From Phallusia mammillata (Eukaryota), in NCBI GenBank assembly GCA_965637545.1, contig OZ281498.1, positions 7,502,001-7,566,000 of the forward strand: 64,000 bases of DNA. The letters run 5' to 3'. This document shows, one piece after another, positions 51,256-61,637 of the stretch; the first letter of the stretch is position 1; each line of letters begins with the position of its first letter. A program made the position numbers and the translations under genes. The notes beneath the pieces were generated by a model that was given only the letters and a program-made list of their open reading frames with translations, did no database searches and was not told the origin of the DNA.

Positions 51256-51393
51256 TAATGATGAAAATAATGGCACCAATAGAAGTAAAAAGCGACATGC
51301 TTTATTTTTCAAACGTTTCGACAAATGCTCATGCCATCGCTAGTGGCATGAAGGCCACATCAGTTACACCCGTTTATATCCACTTGAGTCACT
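51256..51393 (-). mobile_element. Penelope-type repeat remnant (copy C) with degenerate hammerhead, in the Dmrt 3' region
   Basis: Flanked by the 16-bp direct repeat AAAATTAATTTGTACT (51240-51255, 51394-51409). Minus strand GGATATAAAC...CCA-CTAGCGA-TGGCATGAGCATTTGTC-GAAA-CGTT-TGA-AAAATAAA. Confidence 0.7.
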
Positions 51394-52685
51394 AAAATTA
51401 ATTTGTACTGAAATGCGTTTCTTTTTCGTAAATATTGCAAAACATAGCAAGCTTAAAAAGTATCAGTTTTGTATGTTTTCGAACACGCCATATCGTCTTC
51501 ATGATTTATTTGTCGAATTTTGAGCTTTCATTGCATTTAAAAAAAATCATCTTGCGAAACATATTGGATACAAAAACATAGCAACCTAAACCTTTTGTCC
51601 AAATTTACCATAGCAAACAGATTTTAACGCCTAATGGGCATTACTTCTTCCGTATGACATGTAACGAACAGACAAGTAGCAAAGAGCAGGTCCAAAGTTA
51701 CAGACAGCTACCGGTAATCGGCAAATCTCGAATCGCTGGGTTCATTTCTTTCCAGTGACCCTTTGCAGGCTTGCCATAATTTCTTCGCTCGCAACAAGAT
51801 TAAGGACAAGCAAGGTTGAAACCCTGGCCGTGCTGAATGACTGAAGGCCGACTTGGGCAGGGTTTTAGAGGTTTTGTGTCGATTTTTTGTGCTTCGTTCG
51901 CACGTGATTGGCTGCGCAAATCATCGTGACAGTTGCATTGGCGTTTTGGGCCCACGGATTTTGTTACAAGACAAATAGAACCGGCTACAAGCGAAAAACA
52001 TGAACGCCAAAAGTAGCGTAAGAAGTCAGACACTTACTAAACACAACATTGAAGCAATTACGTCACCTAACTTAATCGCAATTAAAACTGATTGGTCGAT
52101 TCAGCTTGCTCGGCAACATAGCGACGTCACGCATATATGACGTAATGATTTAATCTAAGCGTTTATTTCTAAATATATTAACAAATTTTTCATTCTTTTT
52201 TTCGATGTGATTGTCTGTTGAAATTGGGATAATGTGACGTCACATATGAATGACGCAATTCTTTTGTACAAGCGGTGTATTTTTTGTTTTTGAATACTTT
52301 TTCAGTTTAAAAAGAGCAATAGGTCCGCATACTGCATGTTGCGAAGCATCTACTAGGATTTTATGTCAATACTTCTTGCGTATAGTCCATTTCTAGTTTA
52401 AGCCTGATGTATCATGTGCGCATTGGCATTAAAAAATAATGATGTACACTTAAAGTGATAAGAAACTGAGAAAAAAATACGAAACAAAACAATAATTTCA
52501 GAAATTCTTGTTTTTTTTCACACACTGTCTGTTCCAATTCAAAGCGTCAAACATACAGTGCGATGCAAAACTACATTTTGTGAATTTATTGAGAGCATGC
52601 TCAGCACACGTGGATTTTTTACTTAACTTGATGTCAAAATAAATACACAATACAGATTCAGTGTCCATTGTCTAACTTGATCAGA

Positions 52686-55600
52686 TTACAGCTCCGTGTG
52701 TTCAGTTTTTGCTTCTGCTGCATTTTCTCCCACTGTTGTATCTAAATAAACACGTCGGCATGTTTACTCTCTATATATATATCAGTCGTAGATATGCACA
52801 ATAAACTTCGGGCAATCGTACGTTTCAGAACTAAGAGGTTAGTTTGTTTTTGAAACTTGTAAATTTATGTAAAGCAAATATCAAAACCACAAAGAAATTA
52901 TTGGATAACTTGATCAAGAACATGTGTGTTTAAAACAAACGGTATCTGTTATATATACCTTCTTCTTTGACTGGAACTGACTTTAACTCCAGCACAGCGG
53001 TTCCGCTTGCGTGCGGACCAATCACCAAATCGAATTCAACCACGTGATCATCTTTCTTCTCCTCTGAGGGGAATACGTCATAATCGAGTGGTTGTTTCAT
53101 GATCAAAGCCTCAGACGCGTCAGCAGCAGTAAGCGAAACGGTTCCGTTATTGTACGAAACGGAAAAGGCTGTAAACATGAAACAAATGATAAAAATGACA
53201 AAAAGAGTTGAGTTTAATTGAGTTTTGGTAATTTTTTACAAACCTTCGCTGATTTTATTCGTGTTAACACCAGACAAGCTGAAACTTCTCTGGCACGACG
53301 TGCTTCCCGTGTTCGCTACAGCGAATATAATGCGCGTTTTGCTCTTCAGCGCCACTGTGTGGCAAGTTTCAGAGTTACTCCACTGTTTCTTGATCGCAAC
53401 ACTTCCTAAAAAGAGAAAAACGATGTAACTTTCACCAACTTGAAGACTAATGTTCGATTAATGTTACTTGGTTTAGGGTTAGGCCAAGTTTGTATGGTAA
53501 GAAAGTGAAGTTTTGTACGGTTCACATTGGAAGAAAACGTCAAGATATGGCAATCTCAATAAATACCGTAACAAGTAGTAGTGTGGCAACTTTAGTTATC
53601 ATATCTTTGTGGGATTTTTTGTAAGAGCGCCTTACAGGCTTTAAAATGAGGTTTGTGCAACTAAAAATACATTACTGTTTTTAAAAAAAATTCTGAAAGA
53701 ATACAGGTTCAGAAAATTGGTCAACAGCGTGCTCGGCAGTCGACACACATTTGACAACACAAAGTTCGAATGGAAAGTGAACAAATAAATACGCGCTCAT
53801 TGCTTCAGAATATAATACTTGTTTATATTTAACTGAAACTTATAAGCTGAAAAAATGTCTTGGATCGTCACCTTCTTCTATATAGGGTAGGAAAGTTGAA
53901 AAAGAAGCGAATATTTGTTTGTGTCTGTCGAGTCTGTCGAAAATTCCTGGGCATGCGTATGACCAATTTTGATCGGCGATCGACTCGTAAACTGATTTTG
54001 ACACGCCCAGTGAGTATTGAAGGAACAAACTGGCGAGTAGACGAACTCCTGCAGTATAAAGGAGATTTATTATTGATATTGCCAATTAAGTGAGATAAAA
54101 GAGGTAACAAATTGCAAATAAATGATATGCAGACTATCGTATTCTGTAAAATAGGGTAGAAAAAGTTCAATTAAGAATATCTTAGTACGCCAGGCCCATT
54201 GAAGGCGTCATAACGAATCAGCCGGTCATTAAGCATTCACCACCATATGGCAGGGCATAAGCTAAAAAATTCTTGCCTGCGGTGGGATTCGAACCCACGA
54301 CAGGAGTCCTTTCGGTATTTAGGCTCTACCAACTGAGTTACACAGGCTGAAAGTCTAATCACAAGCATGATTTATATAGGATTGTGCCGTGATGGCTAAT
54401 CTGCATAGACGCTTCAGGTCTGATCCCGGTATTGAATATATGTTCATCTACTGATTAATAGTCGAACTGGCGAACCCCTACTGCAAAGCTGACATGTGCA
54501 GCATACAAAGGCTATTAACAAAACCTGGTACTTTAGTATGAAAAGGTATTACCCTAAAAATGAAACCTTTCAAAGGCTGTTAGTTTAGGCGTTGTACCAG
54601 AGAGTTTAGGCGTTGTACCAGACCCTTAAGGGTCAAATGCAAAGCATGGACAAACGATGCCTTTAAAACACATTAGATATTTTTAACTACTAACACTTCC
54701 GTATTAGGTAAACAAAACAGAACTGACCTGTTACTGGGGATTGTGGTACACTGTTTGGAATCGAGTCATTACTTGTTCGAAATCTGCCCATGATCTTTTG
54801 ATAACATTTGTCGATGTCGCCACTAAACTCCACGTCATCGAACGCGAGATTGAGCTCGGGGTGGTATTTGAACGAAGAGACGAAAATCTGCTTTTTGGGC
54901 CACGATTTGGGAATCATAGCCTAAATAAAGATAGAGCATTAAATTGCAAAATTTTTGGACCGAAAGTTAAAGGGTATTGATCAGCAATTAGGCCAGCGCA
55001 ACTTAATGCATTAACCGTTGAACGAAAAAAAATGGTCCAAAGAGATTTTGTTGAGCTATAAAAACATATTATCAGCGCAGAAGCGTTATATTTCTTGTAC
55101 GCCTAATTGTGTGTAAACACTGCGGAAAACAGGCACACAACGTCGCAATACAGATACTAGCGGCTGTTGGTGAAGTAAGGGCCTGTGATGCGACCGTCAA
55201 TGGCAAAAAGGTTGTATGCACTCCTAAACTAAAGTGTGCCGATATCGAAACTAAACTAAAAAAATTTACAAGACAAAGCAGCAAAAAAGCATAACCAAAA
55301 ATCTGTCCAAAACGTCGCTTTCCCAAAAAAATCTTGTTCGAATTCAATATCCGAATTAACTTTTCAAAGAAAAAAACATAAAATTGCCTTTAACAATTGA
55401 CGAAATCCATAAATTTCCATTTCAATTTCCTGTAGGGACTTTCCATCGTCGGTAATGTGAAAGTTCCACGCGTATAAGACATCGTATGCTTCTCTGTCTT
55501 GGCCTTTATTTAAAATAATCATTTATACAATCAAATGCTGTAATTAAACCCGATTTTCAAAACTTTTTTAACGATGCCAAACTAAGCACAATTTTTCGGA

Positions 55601-58563
55601 TCAAATTAAATTTGAACGATTTTGCAACACCATTTAAAGCACGTACGTTGACGTTTTTGTAGCATCCAAAACGAATTTGGTGTAAAACATTAAACAAATG
55701 AAAAGTTGTTTTGAAAATAAAACATGGTAAGACAGCTCTTACAACATTTTTTTTGGTACAACAACAGCGCCAAAAAGTATGGTTACCATAGTGTTTGTTT
55801 TAAATAAGTATTGCGTTCACTTTGTCCAGAACGCCATAACAAGCAGCCAAATGCAAACTAAATTCATTTTAAATTATCGCCTTTTTATACAGATGCTTTA
55901 ATAACCAAACTGCACCTAGTGCTTCAATGTAGGGTCCGGCTGCGGTCGGATGAGAGGAACCAGGTCCCACTATGCGATGTTTATCGTCGGATATATTACG
56001 TGCCTTCATCTCCTCACGTACTTTCTTCAATATTTCCACGTAATCTTGAGGCTCAACATACATGAAAACTTTGCTGTCCGGCTCGTACGACAGCTCGATG
56101 TATGGGAGACGCAATTCTATAAAGTAAGTAAATATAGAAGATTTTGTATGTGTGACGTCACACCAGAGAGTATGTGAAGTCATGTTCTTGGGTACTTGTT
56201 TTTAGCCAACTGAAATCGGAAATATGCAACGTCATAAACGGCAAATGACGTCTTTTTAATTGTCTTTAACTAGTAGTGACCTTTTCACCTAGGTTAAAAC
56301 AATGTTAAGATAGCTAATTGATTTTTTCTATATCACAGATTTTTTACACGGATGAAAAAAGTGAGTTTGTCTTACTTATTCCCTCCAGATACTCGAGCGA
56401 AGTCGCCCAGAACTTTGCAAAATCATTGATAAACTCGTTCATGAAAATTACTTGATCTTTCGTTTCGTCCTCTGCATCTTTTATGCCTTGCTCCGGAGTC
56501 CATTCCTCAAGCTCAACTTTAATCCCTTGCTGCAGACAAACAACGTTTAATAATAAAAATAATAGCCCAAATAGACGTAAAAAGTGTCAAGCTTTATTGT
56601 TCAAACGTTTCGGCAAATGCTCAGGCCCTTATCTGTGATATAAAGGGCCACATCAGTTACACCCGTTTATATCGACTTGCTTTTTACATCTATTTGGGCC
56701 GTTATTTTCATTTTTAAACTTATAAATAGATCCGTGTATAGTGTTCCAACGTTTAAAATTATTTTTTTAAATAAAACCTGAATTACAAAAGTCAAATTAC
56801 AAAGAAGTTTAATTCAAACGGTAAAACAACACATAAAACAGAAAGCGTTAATATGGGGGTCCTAACTGTGGAGAAACATCTTAAGGAGGAACTTTGTGTT
56901 TGCAAGAATTAAACTCCATAGTGTTTCATACCTTTTCCAATTCTTCTATTTCCCGAAACCTTTTAACGTTTTTGGGTGAAGAGTAATAGGTGTTGGGCGC
57001 TGTGATGGTCCCAGAAATAACCTGTACATTCATATCTTGAAGCGAGCGACTCATGTTCTGTGAAGAAATAAAACAGAGACTACATTATATGTTACTTTGC
57101 TGACTCACCAGCGTCGATGTATTAAATGAGTCAGAATTTTTTAAGGAACGGTTTAGAGACAATTAAGTTCCTATAGTTTTTGCGAGTCTGGATACACCAC
57201 AAGTCCCTTAAAGACCACTGCGAGCAACATCAGATGTACATATTATGATCACAAACAGAATTGCGTAGCATGTGTTCCTGTTGAAAATGTATTAAACATT
57301 AAGCAACGTAAAAGCAGTGCCAACATTTAACTCCCTATGGGCCAAATACCATCAACATACATAGACTACGGGCCGCACCTTTACATAACACAGTGTTACT
57401 TTGTTGTGTCTATATTGAGTACAAAACCTGTAAAATTCGTGATTCTACACGTTTTTTTATGTCACTGAATTTATTCGTATCTGCAGGCCACACGACTGAG
57501 GTGTAATAAAACTTGGTGCTTTACAAAAGAAAACAGTAAAAAAATTAGCCTAAACAAAACAGCACCCTTTTTGATGGTATCTTACCTCCATGGATTCAAT
57601 ATCGCCGGCCAGGTTCCAGTAAATGCTTCCCACCCATCTCGACATTTCATCATCATCGCATCTGCGCGGAGCGGGTGCCACACCTGAAACCTCCCACACA
57701 TTTTGCCAGTAGCCAGTCTTGAAAACCGGGCCGAACTTTTTGATCAGGTTCTCCTGTCTGATTCATACAAAGAGGAAAAACCTTCAATGCTTTCATTTTG
57801 AAACTTGCAATGAGCTTATTTAACATTCGTATTTGAAATTAAAATTTCACAATCTTGAGTTTCGACTTTCATATGGTATTCGTAACACAGAGTTGTAAAT
57901 CGGGCCGGGTTCGGGCTTGGGTTTCTTCAAAAAAAAAAACGGGCTTGATTCGGGCCGGACTTTACACTCTGTGTCAGTATTTAAAAAAAAAAATTTAACT
58001 GGCCAAGTAGCCAGTTGTTGGACCTGACCTAATGTCAAACAGCCCTAAAACGCCTTGTTTACGACAAATCGTCCATTGTTTTGTTGTCTTTGTCCTTCCT
58101 AAGGGTTCAATTTATAGGCCTGTCAATCAAACTTTTGGGCCTTCTCAAAAACGATTCGGGTTCTGGCCGGGTTTCGGGCTTGTACTTTCGGGTTCAGGCT
58201 CCAATTGAAGGCCCGTTTACACCTCTGTCGTAACAACAATTAGACGTCAATTTAAGGTGCAAAATACACAACAAAGCCGATCTTAACATATCAGATAGTA
58301 TCACAGCAGGCAGTCAATTACACTAAAAATAACGTCTTGATTTGCTCAAATTTTGAGGCTAGCGTTTTTTGCACATGATGCACTGACCTTGTGTGATTGA
58401 GTGTGTATAATTGTGCCCCAAACTCGATTGGCACAATAGATTGCAATTTCCGTACATCGACTTCAAAGAAGAAATCTGAAACCTCGTCTGTATCGAGTTC
58501 TGTTTCACCATGTGAAGTTGCAATCAGTGGCAAGAATAGCCACAAAAGACTCACGTATTTCAT
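52686..58563 (-). CDS. Secreted-pathway GH30-like (clan GH-A) glycoside hydrolase-fold protein with C-terminal HTEL; 11 exons, 602 aa
   Basis: Exons: 58563-58322, 57757-57586, 57057-56932, 56529-56376, 56116-55916, 55503-55388, 54920-54728, 54048-53872, 53405-53244, 53168-52959, 52741-52686 (1809 nt, in frame). N-terminal signal peptide MKYVSLLWLFLPLIATSHG. GH30-like order of motifs: IEFGAQ, ISGTITAP, IELSYEPD, RIVGPG, AWNFH, KQIFVSS, FSTFLPYIEEG, VALKSKTRIIFAVAN. The gene structure is solid; the family call is from motif pattern only. Confidence 0.72.
54184..54347 (-). mobile_element. tRNA-derived SINE: tRNA-like head (54347-54274) plus ~80-nt body; not a functional tRNA
   Basis: Head has a 7-bp acceptor stem GCCTGTG/CGCAGGC, an A box (TAACTCAGTTGG) and T arm GTGGG-TTCGAAT-CCCAC, but no anticodon stem. 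The body recurs at 36195-36283. Confidence 0.8.
56545..56719 (-). mobile_element. Fold-back Penelope-type repeat remnant (copy B) with degenerate hammerhead, in intron 3 of the GH30-like gene
   Basis: Inverted repeat GCCCAAATAGACGTAAAAAG / CTTTTTACATCTATTTGGGC (19/20), extending imperfectly to ~40 bp; the interior is homologous to copy C. Confidence 0.7.
57888..58227. mobile_element. hAT MITE (340 bp), same family as 30409-30801, opposite orientation
   Basis: TIRs CAGAGTTGTAAA / TTTACACCTCTG; perfect TSD TCGTAACA; CGGGCCGGGTTCGGGC motifs. Confidence 0.9.
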
Positions 58564-59458
58564 GTTACTGAAGTTTAGGTAAACTAATATTTGTAAGAAC
58601 TGGAAAATGTTTAAATGGCAGTACAAGGATGAACTTAAAAGAGTGCTGCGTTAATTGGTTTAATATTGATCTACAGCTGTCATTAAACTACATTTATGCC
58701 CTAAAAACTTAAAAATGTGGACAAGACACATTTCCACAGGCCTAGTTTTTTTTTACCCTTAGTACTTGTAATCTAAATATTTGGCCTAATTCAATGCTTA
58801 AATACACGAGATAACATTTAAAAAATGCACAACGTTTGCTTTTCGAATCAAAACTGATCTTTTGACTAGCCTAAGCCTTTTGACTGCAACCAAGAAAATA
58901 TAAACTACTTGTACTTAGAGACGAAAAAAATCATCCTTAATAGCCTAGTGGGTTTTGGTCGACTTATTACCTGCTGGTAACTTTATACTTATAAAAGCTA
59001 CTGCTACTAATAATGTACAAACTTTCACGTGTCCCAGTGTAGCTGATACAGTAGTGTGGCAGCCGCCCGGGATAACACGTCACAAACAAACTGGAACTGT
59101 TTGCTTGTGACGTCACATAGACCTTGTGCGTATCGGGCGATGGGAAAATTGCCACCTGCTATCTTGTACTGAAAGTTTGCCGGTTCTGTTTTCTTGCTGG
59201 GTGACGATTTTTAACTTAGATTTAGATTCACTTTACAGTTTGAAGCGAGTTTTTGAATTAAAGTGAAGATAAACTGTACTTAGCTTAAGCATGCTCTGTT
59301 TCTACAGAAAACAGAATACACTTAACCTCGGATACGCATTTGCGTTACAATTGCAAACTTGACTTGACTTATGTACACCAAATCATGTTGCAGTCGCGTG
59401 GCAGTTTATAACAACTGCTTCTTGTTGAATACTTGTTACACTGCACATTTTGCCACTA

Positions 59459-59629
59459 CAATAAACCTCGGTTAAACCGGATTCGGTTAATACGAAAAAT
59501 CGTCTAATTCGGACAAAATTTAAAATACAAATGATTTGTAATGTGGTTAGGCCTTAATAATCGACTCTGAATAAACCAGATCCGGACAAGATTTTGGTTC
59601 AACCGGCTTGGATTAACCGAGGTTTATTG
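59459..59629. mobile_element. Tc1/mariner-pogo (Tigger-like) MITE (171 bp)
   Basis: TA/CAATAAACCTCGGTTAA ... TTAACCGAGGTTTATTG/TA: perfect 17-bp TIRs with TA target duplication. Confidence 0.9.
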
Positions 59630-61637
59630 TAAACGTTTTGGTCAATCTCAAAACTTGCGTACAGCCGGACCTTGTTTATTTGCAACTAAAACAAAAAATT
59701 CCACAGCGAAATGCGTTCTAGTGGAGAAAATATACGTAAAGTTTGTACGAACATAAATACAGGAACACACTACAGTTCTTAAGCTATACGGAAGATCTCG
59801 AAAAAGATAAACTACAACCCAGCTTGAAAATTGGGCCGAATTTAATATTTCTTTTTCGTGTTATATTCAGTTTTGTGGTAGGCGCAAAATTTTAAAATAC
59901 AAGATTTCAAACAGAAAGCAAAAGGCTACAAAAACTTTGTTGGGTAAACATTGACCCAACCATATTAAAGACGCACAAAAAATCCGCAAAAACATAAATA
60001 CAAAGAAAAACAGCCTTGAAAAGAATTAAGAAGTGAAACAAAAGTAGAAAAGTGACAACATTCGGCTTTAGCGCTGTAAAAAGCTGATTTTTTTCGGGCA
60101 CTCAACTAACCAACTTGGAACTATCAGCACGAAAGTCCTAAAGCATGTAAAGTTACTTTGATGTTTAGTTTGCAAAATCAGTAAAATTAAAGAGCCAAAG
60201 CAATATAACGTAATATAACACTTTGTTTACTATTATCGATGTACAAACCGCGTTGCTGTGATTGCCAAGTCATAACATCATTACTTCAGCCATAAAGCTA
60301 TGCTGGAGTTTTTTTCCGTCTGTTTTTTTTTTCAAATTACCAAAACACGCCAAATGAAAAGTTGAAATTCTTTTTTACGCTTCCACCTTTAAATCATGCT
60401 AATCACCTAAACAAAATGCCCCAAACGCAAAAATCCTTAACCATGAGTGCTAAGACGTCAACTCACTGTTAAAACGTTTAAGTCTAATAATCACAAATAG
60501 AGACAGCATTAGGTACCCTAATTTCGGTTTGTCCAAAAATACCTTGTAACATTGCAATGCCAAATTCAATCAACAGCCTTTAATTATTTCAGGCGTGACA
60601 TCAAACCTTCTCGAGAACGCCATATTACATCATTCTCATGGCACGTCACACACTCGAATACGTCATTCTCATGACACACTTAAATACGCCTTACGTTCAA
60701 ACGTTATGATGAACTTTGTATGTGTGAGTTTGAATTTACATTGTCGTAACGCTATGTTAAGTGCGTGGTCACTTTATAAGTGAGAATGGTCTAAACCAGC
60801 TACAAATTCAACATACCGACAAGTACGGCTAGATTGTATTATAATGCAAAGTTTTTACTGGTCATCCAAAATTGCTTAACATGTTCAAGACACGTTTTTT
60901 ACTTTAAAACTTACAAACTTGCCTTATTCATAATAGTTATTATTTAGTATTAGAACCTCTGTAACCCAACAGTTGAAACTACGGGCATGATTCAGTTTAG
61001 GCGCATGTATAAAATTTAGGTTGCGCTAAAGTGTAAATATATCCAGGTATCTTTAACATTTTTGCTGCCAAAATCTAAATTTAGTCTGTTCAGTATTAAA
61101 CCGAGGCCACTTGTCCGTGCTATCGTCCTCTTGTGGTCATCAAATGTCGACAAAAGTATGATTTCTATTGATTGCTTTAGCGTGCGTTTTGAAATTGCAA
61201 AAGAAAACTTGAACATTAAGATTGGTGCAAATTTAGGTTTAGGGCGCGATTATTGTTTGTAACAGAAAAAGCAATAAACGAACGAAAGAAGATGAAAACG
61301 AAATTTGTTAAGCGTTTGGCTTTCTACCAACAACTAAATCTACAAAAAATTAAAATTGCTCAGTTCCGCAAATGAATATGGGGCCTCTTTAAAAAATAAT
61401 ATTCAGGTGAAATTGGTTTGTTTAAAGTTGACTAATTTAAGTTGGAACCACCAAAAAAAAGTATTAGTTACTTTTTTGCATAACAATAGCAACCACAATA
61501 TAACTTGACCAACGGTTTAATTTATAATCCTACCAACCCATTCACGACCGTTATAAGCCGCGCACCCTACTAAAGTACACAAAACAATGGCAAAATATTA
61601 ACCCGACCTTGATAGAACGAAATAGAACACTCATTAT

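Noticed and set aside
54274-54347. tRNA gene
   Set aside because: There is no pairable anticodon stem, and the downstream body recurs elsewhere, so it is treated as a SINE head.
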